Origin: an uncultured Acetobacteroides sp.
Lineage (GTDB): Bacteria; Bacteroidota; Bacteroidia; Bacteroidales; ZOR0009
Direction of reading: 5' to 3'
Length of the DNA stretch: 64,000 bases
Assembly: GCA_963678165.1 (NCBI GenBank)
Contig: OY782755.1
Span: 3,227,996-3,291,995 of the forward strand
Program-made: the position numbers and the translations under genes
Shown here: one piece after another, positions 27,379-35,583 of the stretch
How positions within the stretch are numbered: the first letter of the stretch is position 1
Layout: the number at the start of each line of letters is the position of its first letter
The notes under the pieces: generated by a model
What the model saw: only the letters and a program-made list of their open reading frames with translations
The model's database searches: none
Told to the model about the DNA's origin: nothing

Positions 27379-27828
27379 ATGAACTCGTTTCTTAAGCCAA
27401 AAATTCTCCTTTGGGTTATAGCATTGCTTCTTGTTGCCAATGTTGCTACATTTATTGGCGTTGTTATTGTTCATTCAGACAAAGAAGACTCACCAGAAAA
27501 GCAGCGCAACCATTTTTTTAAGAAGTTAGGGCTAACAGAAAATCAAAAAAAGAACTTTATTGCCAGAAAGGCGCACTTCAAGGCAATCAACGAACCTCTC
27601 TATAATAGGTACGATAGCATAATGATCCAATTACATTATCAGGTTAGCAATACACCTCCTGATACTGCTACGATAAGAATATATACCGATAGTTTAGGAC
27701 TACTAAACGCTCAAATTCGCAAGAATTGGCTTACATACTCCATTGAAGTTCGCAAGAGCCTTAGCAAGGAACAGCAAGCAAAATACGATAAGTTGACATT
27801 AGAGCATTTAAAATGCAAGATGAAATAG
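27379..27828 (+). CDS. Periplasmic LTXXQ-motif (Spy/CpxP-like) protein
   Basis: The start is at MNSFLKPKILLWVIALLLV, and an LGLTENQKKNF (LTXXQ) motif is present. It is the third gene of the ECF module. Confidence 0.65.
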   Translation: MNSFLKPKILLWVIALLLVANVATFIGVVIVHSDKEDSPEKQRNHFFKKLGLTENQKKNFIARKAHFKAINEPLYNRYDSIMIQLHYQVSNTPPDTATIRIYTDSLGLLNAQIRKNWLTYSIEVRKSLSKEQQAKYDKLTLEHLKCKMK

Positions 27829-27848
27829 AAGATACCACTAGATATAAT

Positions 27849-27888
27849 AAAGGAGAGCATTACAGTAGGATGCTCTCCTTTATTTTTT
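27849..27888. terminator. Bidirectional intrinsic terminator
   Basis: 12-bp stem AAAGGAGAGCAT (27849-27860) / ATGCTCTCCTTT (27870-27881), followed by ATTTTTT. Confidence 0.85.
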
Positions 27889-27964
27889 ATTCTTTTGCGA
27901 TAAAGGCACAAAAAAAAGAGCCAACCACTAGGTTGACTCTAATTTCTTTGCTTATCGTTGCAAA

Positions 27965-28138
27965 TTACTTTACAGCAGGAGCAGCAGTATCAGCAGCAGC
28001 AGTATCAGCAGCAGCAGTAGTATCAGCTACAACAGCAGCAGTAGTGTCAACAGCAGTAGTGTCCTTTTGCTCAGTCTTGTTTCCACCGCAAGCTGCGAAC
28101 ATAGCAGCAACAGCAACGATAACGAGTAACTTTTTCAT
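27965..28138 (-). CDS. Small (57-aa) Thr/Ala/Asp-rich lipoprotein, below the ORF-track size cut-off
   Basis: My translation is MKKLLVIVAVAAMFAACGGNKTEQKDTTAVDTTAAVVADTTAAADTAAADTAAPAVK*. It has a signal peptide and lipobox (FAAC), its own TATATTTG box 46 nt upstream, and a terminator downstream. Confidence 0.6.
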   Translation of the reverse strand: MKKLLVIVAVAAMFAACGGNKTEQKDTTAVDTTAAVVADTTAAADTAAADTAAPAVK

Positions 28139-28183
28139 TGTACAGTTTTTTGTTTTGTGAAACGATTAAATTCAATTGCACTG

Positions 28184-28191
28184 CAAATATA
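28184..28191 (-). promoter_or_regulatory. Bacteroidota -7 box for the small lipoprotein gene
   Basis: The minus strand reads TATATTTG. Confidence 0.5.
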
Positions 28192-28698
28192 ATCGCAGAA
28201 TTCCAATGTTGTACCCTCTTGGGGTAAAAAAAACAAAGTTTTTACACATATATTGCAAAAGGCAGTCCTATTTATCTGAATTTCTTACAAAAACAGGCTC
28301 TTCCATTTTATCACTGTTAATGCTAATGGCAAATAATGTTCGTATATAAAACAATCAATAGCCATCTTCCCGGCATGAGCATATTAGCCTATTATAAAAA
28401 TGAAGAGTTTATTCCAAAGAAAATAAAACTGGAATCATCCAACAAAGTACCCATACCCTAATAGTCGAAAACGAGAAGAAAAAATCAAATTATAGTTCTG
28501 TTTTTGGGGGCATCTAGAACCATTTATGAAGAGGCATACGGCACATTTCAAAAAAGCAAGACTATTTTGACACATAAACAGCCGTTATTAACGAGTCGTA
28601 ACACTATCATAACCTACTACAAACCATTCTATTAGGTGTTTTTTTGAAGAAAGTTAAAATTTAAGAGAAAAGACTTCTCTTTTAATCTAATATTTTCC

Positions 28699-28706
28699 TA
28701 TACTTG
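28699..28706 (+). promoter_or_regulatory. Near-consensus -7 box upstream of the arginine decarboxylase leader
   Basis: TATACTTGCAAAG differs from TAnnTTTG at one position. It has the same TA..TTGCAAAG context as the pdxK promoter at 55076. Confidence 0.4.
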
Positions 28707-29074
28707 CAAAGTTTTTCAGGTGTATCATGCGCAAATGAAAAACACAGCTTACAGTTCATTAATAACTAACTCGAAGACAGGTCAACTGTAAACTTTGAAC
28801 AACGAAATGAAAAGAACCTTGCACACTAAAAACACATTCTTGGACACCTATACGGTGGTTTTTAGGTATAAGATACTCAGCGACCTTCTTCGAAGTCTTT
28901 GCGTCCGCCAGATTTGATTCTACCCCTGCGGACACGCCTTCAACTATTCCTTATTTAGGATAATTTTCTCTTAACGAGGGAGAATTGTTTCATTTCGACA
29001 ATACGCATGGGATAAGATCCCATAAAAGGCGATATAACTTTTAGTATTAACCAATTATCTTTTTATGTGCGACG
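28707..29074 (+). other. Long (about 360-nt) putative 5' leader of pdaD with two short uORFs and several hairpins
   Basis: uORF1 (28735-28791) encodes MKNTAYSSLITNSKTGQL*. uORF2 (28807-28917) encodes MKRTLHTKNTFLDTYTVVFRYKILSDLLRSLCVRQI*. Hairpins include GCGTCCGC/GCGGAC(AC)GC around 28901-28935 and ATGGGAT/ATCCCAT around 29007-29023. Confidence 0.3.
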
Positions 29075-29638
29075 ATGACAAACCTTAGCTCAACACAAGA
29101 ACTACAAGGAATCGTAGTTGGAAACCGGATTCCAAAAGACTACTTCGTTACCAAAGGACACGGAGAAAGTGACATAACTGTTCACGCTGGCTCATATCAC
29201 CTAGCTTTAAAACAGGCAAACATAGAGACGTTTAATATCATGACTTACTCGTCGATTATGCCTAGCATAGCCACAGAGGTACCACAACCTGCCAAAATTA
29301 CCCACGGCTCCGTTGTTGAATCGATTATGGCTGTTGCAACTACTAGTAAGGGCGAGCGCGCTTCTGCCGGTATCATCTACGGTTGGTTATACGACCGCAA
29401 AACAAATGAACGCCATGGGGGTCTCGTGTGTGAACACAACGGCAACTATGAGGTTGAGGAAATAGAAAAGCTACTTAGACTAAGCCTTGACGAACTTTAC
29501 TATAACGGATTCTCAGAAGATTTCCGTTTAGAAGACATCTGCATTAACATCGAAAGCTTCGTTCCAGAAAAAAAATACGGAACCGCACTTGTTGCGATTT
29601 GCTTTACGTCCTACCTCTACCCTGTAATCAAGGGTTAA
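29075..29638 (+). CDS. pdaD: Pyruvoyl-dependent arginine decarboxylase
   Basis: 187 aa. The N-terminal pattern GNRIPKDYFVTKGHGESD and the overall size fit the PvlArgDC family. Confidence 0.85.
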   Translation: MTNLSSTQELQGIVVGNRIPKDYFVTKGHGESDITVHAGSYHLALKQANIETFNIMTYSSIMPSIATEVPQPAKITHGSVVESIMAVATTSKGERASAGIIYGWLYDRKTNERHGGLVCEHNGNYEVEEIEKLLRLSLDELYYNGFSEDFRLEDICINIESFVPEKKYGTALVAICFTSYLYPVIKG

Positions 29639-29668
29639 CACGCTGAAGACATTTAGTCCGACATACAA

Positions 29669-29704
29669 AACAGCAACCTTTCCCATAATAAGGTTGCTGT
29701 TTTC
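29669..29704 (+). terminator. Intrinsic terminator or attenuator between pdaD and the DHS-like gene
   Basis: 12-bp stem AACAGCAACCTT (29669-29680) / AAGGTTGCTGTT (29690-29701), followed by TTC. Confidence 0.75.
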
Positions 29705-29745
29705 ATCCTTTCGCTCACAATTACATTATTTGGAATTTACTCGTA

Positions 29746-30774
29746 ATGGAAAAGAAAGATCTTCTTAAACAAGTTATAAAGCACGTCGATATAAAATCGT
29801 TTGATGCTAGCCCAATCATCAATTCAATGAGAGAAATGTCGTTCTCTTCGAGAGAAACTGCCAATGCAGCCGACATCTTCAACATGATGATTGCCGAAAA
29901 TGGATGCACCAACATCCTTACCATTGCAGGTTCGACTTCTGCTGCCGGTTGCATGCAGGTGTACGTTGACCTTGTAAAGCACAACATGATTGACACCGTT
30001 GTTTCGACCGGTGCATCGATTGTAGACATGGACTTCTTCGAAGCGCTTGGCTACAAGCACTACCGAGGAACCCAGTTTATCGACGATAAGTTTCTACGCG
30101 ACAACTATGTTGACCGTATTTACGACACCTATATTGATGAAGAGGAACTGCAATCTTGTGATTCAACCATCAAGATTATTGCTGATAGCCTAGAGCCTCG
30201 CCCCTACTCTTCGCGCGAGTTTATCTACGAAATGGGCAAGTACCTTTCGAAGAATGCCGTTAAGAAGGAGTCGCTTATTCAAACTTGCTACGAGCATAAC
30301 GTGCCTATCTTCGTTCCAGCATTCTCTGACTGCTCGGCAGGATTCGGTTTAGTAATGCACCAGGTTGAACGCATGAAGGAAGGCAAACCTTACGTTACTA
30401 TTGACTCGGTTGCCGACTTCCGTGAGCTTACCGACATTAAGATTGCGGCTAAGACTACCGGTCTATTCATGGTTGGTGGTGGAGTTCCTAAGAACTTCGC
30501 ACAGGATACCGTAGTTTGTGCAGAGTGCCTTGGGGTAGATGCATCGATGCACAAGTATGCAGTGCTTATTACCGTTGCTGATGTTCGCGATGGCGCTTGC
30601 TCGTCGTCGACACTTAAGGAAGCATCGTCGTGGGGTAAGGTTGATACCGTGTACGAACAAATGGTTTACGCAGAAGCGACCACTGTTCTACCACTTATTG
30701 GAAGCTACGTATTTCATAAAGGTGACTGGAAAAATCGTGAGCCAAAGAATTGGACTAAGATTTTCCAAAAGTAG
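29746..30774 (+). CDS. Deoxyhypusine synthase-like protein (homospermidine-synthase-type polyamine enzyme)
   Basis: 342 aa with DHS-family features: ...AGSTSAAG..., STGASIVDMD and MVGGGVPKNF. Confidence 0.8.
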   Translation: MEKKDLLKQVIKHVDIKSFDASPIINSMREMSFSSRETANAADIFNMMIAENGCTNILTIAGSTSAAGCMQVYVDLVKHNMIDTVVSTGASIVDMDFFEALGYKHYRGTQFIDDKFLRDNYVDRIYDTYIDEEELQSCDSTIKIIADSLEPRPYSSREFIYEMGKYLSKNAVKKESLIQTCYEHNVPIFVPAFSDCSAGFGLVMHQVERMKEGKPYVTIDSVADFRELTDIKIAAKTTGLFMVGGGVPKNFAQDTVVCAECLGVDASMHKYAVLITVADVRDGACSSSTLKEASSWGKVDTVYEQMVYAEATTVLPLIGSYVFHKGDWKNREPKNWTKIFQK

Positions 30775-30800
30775 TCATCATCGCATAAAAAGAAGAAGAA

Positions 30801-30822
30801 AAGCCAACCGGGAGGTTGGCTT
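30801..30822. terminator. Bidirectional terminator between convergent genes
   Basis: AAGCCAACC (30801-30809) / GGTTGGCTT (30814-30822) with loop GGGA. Confidence 0.75.
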
Positions 30823-30859
30823 CCTTTGTTATTTGCAGGACAAAGATCGTCTGCAACTC

Positions 30860-31282
30860 CTATTCCATTCCTAACTTTTGAAACTCTGGGGCGTACTTTC
30901 TATCCTCTTTCTGGATATGAATACGTAGCCAGTCGCGCAGGTAGTTGGTTATGCTGAAGATGACATCGTGCCCCTTAGCCATACCGTCCTTAAAGTGCTT
31001 TATCTTGTCGGTGAAAGCACGATGCTCGGCGATATGCTCCTCGGTAAACTCGTAGCCGATCTGGCTGAAGATTTTCTCCTCGAACCCGAAGTGAAACTTA
31101 GCGTAATCCTCCAACTTACCGAGCACATCGATGGTAACCTCCTTGGTGTTGCGATCGAGTATTGACTGATAGATTTGGTTGATGTACTTGATGAGCTCCT
31201 TATGCTGATCGTCGATAGTTTTTATTCCTACAGAGTAATCGGCATCGGACCACTTGATAAAAATGTACAAGTCTTTATTCAT
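30860..31282 (-). CDS. Hemerythrin-like metal-binding protein (bacteriohemerythrin)
   Basis: Motifs IDDQHKELI, HFGFEE, HIAEH and WLRIHIQKEDRKY are present. Confidence 0.85.
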   Translation of the reverse strand: MNKDLYIFIKWSDADYSVGIKTIDDQHKELIKYINQIYQSILDRNTKEVTIDVLGKLEDYAKFHFGFEEKIFSQIGYEFTEEHIAEHRAFTDKIKHFKDGMAKGHDVIFSITNYLRDWLRIHIQKEDRKYAPEFQKLGME

Positions 31283-31355
31283 GTTTTAATTGTTGTTTCC
31301 TTCCTTGAAAAAATACGGAGGAAGGACTTCCCCCTCCGCCTTCGCAAACTAAAGC

Positions 31356-32510
31356 TTACAAGCTCTTCTTTAAAACTTCGAGAACGCGTTCTGGCGTTAG
31401 CGCCTGACGTTCGCCCATGGCGGTCCATCCACGCTCGGTGAAGCGGGTGCAAATGGTCTGGAAGCTTTCGTCGCCAATGCCGTACTCCTTGAGATGCGTT
31501 GGTACGCCCATCGATCGGAAGAACTCTTCGGTCTTAGCGATTGCTGCACGAGCCTTTTCGTCGGCAGAGCCGCTGGTAATGCCCCATACGCGCTCGGCAT
31601 ACTGAGCTAGCTTCTCCTTCTTCTCCTCGAACATCACATCGAGCATGGATGGAAGAATGATAGCCAGCGTTACGCCGTGGGCAAGCCCATGTAAGGCGGT
31701 GAGCTCGTGTCCTATCATGTGGGTAGCCCAATCGGAAGGCATGCCAACAACGATAATGCCGTTGAGCGCCATGGTTGCAGCCCACATTAGGTTCGAACGC
31801 ACGTCGTAATCGGTTGGGTTTTCGAGGGCTTTTGGACCTAGCTCGATGAGAGACTGAAGTAAACCTTCGGCCCAGCGATCTTGCACCAACCCAGCTGCAG
31901 GATAGGTCATGTACTGCTCCATTACGTGGATGAAAGCATCGATGGTACCGTTGGCAATCTGAGCTTTGGGCAGCGAATAGGTATACTCGGGGTCGAGAAT
32001 CGAAAACTTAGGGAAAGTATAGGGCGATCCAAAGGCATACTTCTCCTTTGTGGCGCGCTTAGAGATTACTGCACCGGAGTTCATCTCGGATCCGGTAGCG
32101 GGAAGCGTAAGTACGGCGCCAAGAGCAACCGCTGAGTCGACCTTAGCATGCTTTACAAGAATATTCCAAGGATCTCCAACAAAAGGAATGGCGGCTGCAA
32201 TAAACTTAGTGCCGTCGACCACCGACCCACCTCCTACTGCAAGGAGGAAATCGACCTTTTCGCGACGGGCAAGCTCCACTGCCTGAATCAAAGTCTCGTA
32301 TGCAGGGTTGGGCTCGATGCCACCAAACTCGACAACCGAGAAACCTGAAAGGGCTTTAAACACTGCATCGTACACACCGTTCGACTTGATGCTTCCACCT
32401 CCGTAGGTGACCATCACCTTTGAGCCTGCGGGGATGTGGCTGCTAAGCTTCTCGACAGCACCCTTGCCAAACTCAATCTTTACAGGATTGTAAAACTGAA
32501 AGTTGTTCAT
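31356..32510 (-). CDS. Iron-containing (group III) alcohol dehydrogenase, YqhD/butanol dehydrogenase-like
   Basis: Contains GGGSVVDGTK and the metal-binding His cluster HMIGHELTALHGLAHG. Confidence 0.9.
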   Translation of the reverse strand: MNNFQFYNPVKIEFGKGAVEKLSSHIPAGSKVMVTYGGGSIKSNGVYDAVFKALSGFSVVEFGGIEPNPAYETLIQAVELARREKVDFLLAVGGGSVVDGTKFIAAAIPFVGDPWNILVKHAKVDSAVALGAVLTLPATGSEMNSGAVISKRATKEKYAFGSPYTFPKFSILDPEYTYSLPKAQIANGTIDAFIHVMEQYMTYPAAGLVQDRWAEGLLQSLIELGPKALENPTDYDVRSNLMWAATMALNGIIVVGMPSDWATHMIGHELTALHGLAHGVTLAIILPSMLDVMFEEKKEKLAQYAERVWGITSGSADEKARAAIAKTEEFFRSMGVPTHLKEYGIGDESFQTICTRFTERGWTAMGERQALTPERVLEVLKKSL

Positions 32511-32968
32511 TGTATTGCGTTATTTTTGTTTTGTCTAAATTAGAATGGAAAGATATAAAAATCCAACTGAAATAGCGCCACCGCTCCCCTTCGTCAATTA
32601 TACTTATTCGGGTAATTTATGAAGGGAAGCCAGGGCTGCTACACCTCATTCGACAAGTATAAGGAGTACAAGCGATCCCTTGAATCATCAAAAAAGAAAT
32701 GAAGAACTCTGATCCCTATGTACAGAAATACCTCAGCCTTATACCTTCCTCTGTTCTTTTCCATCACCATAAAATACCGGAGCTACAACGATGGCTACGC
32801 CAGCTGTCCCTAAAAATGCCAATACTGCGTAGGCGATAGTGCCCGGTGAGGGGCGGCTATCCGCAGCTGAGTTTGCTCCATCAATAAAAATTTCAGCAAA
32901 AGAGGCGGGTAAGAACCATCAATAGCAAATATTAGTACATTTAGTTCCTAAATTTAAACAAACTACCT

Positions 32969-34756
32969 ATGAAAAGTATTCCTCAACGGCTGAGCGATAT
33001 TCGCAGCCTGATGGCACAGCACAAGCTGGAAGCATATATCGTGCCCAGCAACGATCCTCACTTTAGCGAATACGTGGCCGACCGGTGGAAGTGCCGGGAG
33101 TGGCTTAGCGGCTTCACGGGTTCGGCCGGAACGCTGGTGGTTACCACCACCTCGGCGGCGCTGTGGACCGACTCCCGCTACTTTATTCAAGCCGAGGCGC
33201 AGCTGAAGGGCTCGGGTATCGAGCTGATGCGCATGGGAATGCCAGGTGTGCCCTCCATCGAGCAATATATAAAGGATATGATGGAATTGAGCTCGACCAT
33301 TGGCGTAGATGGGCGCCTCTTCTCGGTAAGCGAGTTCGAACGCCTGTCGGATGCGCTTGCCCCAAACAAGCTGAAGGCTGCGGCCGACCTGGTGAACCCC
33401 ATCTGGAGCGACCGCCCTGAGATCCCCAAGAAAAAAGCATTCCTCCTACCCGAAAACATAAGCGGCATGAGCACCACCAGCAAGCTACAGCAGCTGGTGA
33501 AGGCGGCCCACATCCATAAGGACGACATCATGCTGCTATCGGCGCTCGACGAGGTGGCGTGGCTCTTCAACATCCGCGGGGCCGACATCGACTACAACCC
33601 ACTTGTGCTGGCCTACGCCGCGGTTTACTACGACAAGGCGGTGCTGTTTGTCGACGTGGAGAAGCTGAGCGAGGACGATCAGAAGGTGCTTACCGGCAGC
33701 GGCGTGCACATCAGGCCCTACGAGGAGTTCGAGGCGTTTGTCGAAAGAATTGACATCACCAGAAACGTTATCATCAACCCAAGGAAAACCAACATACTGG
33801 TAAGGCAGAAGCTGCAGCACCGCAGCGTGAACATCATTGAGGATAGGGACGCCAACGGAACGGCAACCTCGCTGAAAGCGGTAAAGAACGAGGCCGAAGT
33901 CGCCGGATTCCGCCATGCCATGGAGCTGGACGGCGTAGCCCTCGTCCGCTTCTACATGTGGCTGGAGGATAGCTTGGGGAAAGAGACCGTAACCGAGCTG
34001 AGCATCGCCGACAAGCAGCGGGAGCTGCGCGCCATGTCGGATGAGTTTATGGGCGAAAGCTTTGGCACCATTGCCGGCTACAGGTGCAACGGGGCACTCC
34101 CCCACTACTCGGCCACCGAAGCCTCCAACGCCGAGGTGAAGCGGGAGGGATTCCTGCTCATCGACTCGGGCGGGCAGTACAGAACGGGGACCACCGACAT
34201 CACCCGAACCGTACACCTGAGTACGCCAACCCAACAGGAGAAGATTGACTACACGCTGGTGCTAAAGGGGCACATCGCGCTGGCCATGGCCGTGTTCCCT
34301 GCCGGAACCCGCGGGTCGCAGCTCGACATCCTGGCAAGAGGGCCGATGATGCAGCACTGCATTAACTACGGACATGGGACAGGACACGGAGTTGGGCACT
34401 TCCTTAACGTACACGAGGGGCCACAGAGCATCAGGATGCAGGAAAACCCCGTTACGATGAAGCCCGGAATGGTAACCTCGAACGAGCCCGCGCTCTACCG
34501 CCCAGGACTGTACGGCATCCGAACCGAAAACCTAACCCTTTGCGTACCCTACGTTACCAACGAGTTTGGAGCATTCGAGCGGTTCGAGACCATCACCCTA
34601 TGCCCCATTGACACGAAGCCAATTGAGAAGAGCATGCTCACTCCCGACGAGGTGGCCTGGCTAAACGGCTACCACCAAACGGTATTCGAAAAGCTAACGC
34701 CATACCTCAACGAGAACGAGAAAGCTTGGCTGAAGGCAAAGACCGCAGCCATCTAG
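32969..34756 (+). CDS. Xaa-Pro aminopeptidase (M24B, aminopeptidase P family)
   Basis: 595 aa with a creatinase-like N-terminal domain. The catalytic region contains DSGGQY, DITRT, HGTGHGVGHFLNVHEGP and SNEPA. Confidence 0.9.
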   Translation: MKSIPQRLSDIRSLMAQHKLEAYIVPSNDPHFSEYVADRWKCREWLSGFTGSAGTLVVTTTSAALWTDSRYFIQAEAQLKGSGIELMRMGMPGVPSIEQYIKDMMELSSTIGVDGRLFSVSEFERLSDALAPNKLKAAADLVNPIWSDRPEIPKKKAFLLPENISGMSTTSKLQQLVKAAHIHKDDIMLLSALDEVAWLFNIRGADIDYNPLVLAYAAVYYDKAVLFVDVEKLSEDDQKVLTGSGVHIRPYEEFEAFVERIDITRNVIINPRKTNILVRQKLQHRSVNIIEDRDANGTATSLKAVKNEAEVAGFRHAMELDGVALVRFYMWLEDSLGKETVTELSIADKQRELRAMSDEFMGESFGTIAGYRCNGALPHYSATEASNAEVKREGFLLIDSGGQYRTGTTDITRTVHLSTPTQQEKIDYTLVLKGHIALAMAVFPAGTRGSQLDILARGPMMQHCINYGHGTGHGVGHFLNVHEGPQSIRMQENPVTMKPGMVTSNEPALYRPGLYGIRTENLTLCVPYVTNEFGAFERFETITLCPIDTKPIEKSMLTPDEVAWLNGYHQTVFEKLTPYLNENEKAWLKAKTAAI

Positions 34757-34797
34757 TAATAGCCTACAAGCCGAAGGTTACTGCCGGCTAACACCCA

Positions 34798-35304
34798 CTA
34801 ATCCGCATGAAGCACGAGGTTGCTCTTGCGGATTTTTTGTATAAGGGCATCCATCGCTCCACTATCAGCGTCAGCCGGAAGGTTATCAGCGTCCATCGCT
34901 CCACTATCAGCGTCAGCCGGAAGGTTATCGGCATCCATCGCTCCACTATCTGCGTCAGCCGGAAGGATATCGGCATCCATCGCTCCACTATCAGCGTCAG
35001 CCGGAGGGCTATCAGCATCCGACTCTCCACTATCAGCGTCAGCCGGAGGGTTATCAGCATCCATCGCTCCACTATCAGCGTCAGACGAAAGGTTATCAGC
35101 ATCCATCGCTCCACTATTAGCGTCAGACGGAAGGTTATCGGCATCCATCGCTCCACTATCAGCGTCAGACGGAGGGTTATCGGCATCCATCGCTCCACTA
35201 TCAGCGTCAGACAAAAGGTTATCAGCGTCCATCGCTCCACTATTAGCGTCAGCCGGAAGGTTATCAGCGTCAGCCAAAAAGCTACAAGATGGATTCTGCT
35301 GCAT
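34798..35304 (-). CDS. Possible acidic repeat protein (14-aa unit DADNLPADADSGAM x10); coding status uncertain
   Basis: 168-aa ORF. Substitutions between repeats at three sites are synonymous in this frame (GAC GCT / GAT GCC / GAT GCT; GCT/GCA). There is no signal peptide and I found no TAnnTTTG box upstream. The C-terminus reads through the pepP terminator hairpin. Confidence 0.35.
   Translation of the reverse strand: MQQNPSCSFLADADNLPADANSGAMDADNLLSDADSGAMDADNPPSDADSGAMDADNLPSDANSGAMDADNLSSDADSGAMDADNPPADADSGESDADSPPADADSGAMDADILPADADSGAMDADNLPADADSGAMDADNLPADADSGAMDALIQKIRKSNLVLHAD
34800..34839 (+). terminator. Intrinsic terminator of the aminopeptidase gene
   Basis: Stem AATCCGCA (34800-34807) / TGCGGATT (34827-34834), followed by TTTTG. 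Confidence 0.75.
34852..35271. repeat. Ten head-to-tail 42-bp tandem repeats
   Basis: The consensus unit is CATCGCTCCACTATCAGCGTCAGCCGGAAGGTTATCAGCGTC. Units start at 34852 + 42n (n = 0-9), each with 0-5 substitutions. All six reading frames are open across the array. Confidence 0.97.
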
Positions 35305-35533
35305 TATCGGGTTTAATGGAAAGAGTAAACCTGAAATGAGGAGCCTTAGTGGGGCAATGTGGAGATGCTATTAGCTGCGCCGCTATAAGCGCATGCGGCA
35401 GCACTAGGTTGCCACCGCTTTTCGACGATTACCGGGATGGTGAAGCCGCTTAATGTAGAATAGCGAGCCGCCATAGCGGTACGGCAGGAGCTTTGCCTGG
35501 CAGGCGACAAGGCTCTCCAAATGTTCTCCAAAC

Positions 35534-35558
35534 AAAAAGGGTGGCATTGCTGCCACCC
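35534..35558 (-). terminator. Intrinsic terminator of the 35584..36360 gene
   Basis: Stem GGGTGGCA (35539-35546) / TGCCACCC (35551-35558), followed on the minus strand by UUUUU (A-run 35534-35538). Confidence 0.8.
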
Positions 35559-35583
35559 TAGTGTAAAGAAAACCAAATAGCGC

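Noticed and set aside
27813-28160. 115-aa plus-strand ORF with an Ala/Val/Ser-rich tail
   Set aside because: It is the antisense shadow of the much more convincing 57-aa lipoprotein gene on the minus strand, and it crosses a strong terminator hairpin.
32739-32918. Minus-strand open frame encoding a TM-helix-like tail (...PGTIAYAVLAFLGTAGVAIVVAPVFYGDGKEQRKV*) in the 458-bp intergenic region
   Set aside because: There is no in-frame ATG or GTG between the upstream TGA and the hydrophobic segment. It looks like the remnant of a C-terminal membrane anchor rather than a gene, and I could not support it further.
34788-35374. Four overlapping ORFs of 150-184 aa on both strands (34788..35240-, 34807..35316+, 34820..35374+, 34798..35304-)
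   Set aside because: All four are translations of the same stop-free 42-bp tandem repeat, so at most one can be real. I kept only the minus-strand acidic frame as a low-confidence CDS and treat the others as repeat artefacts.
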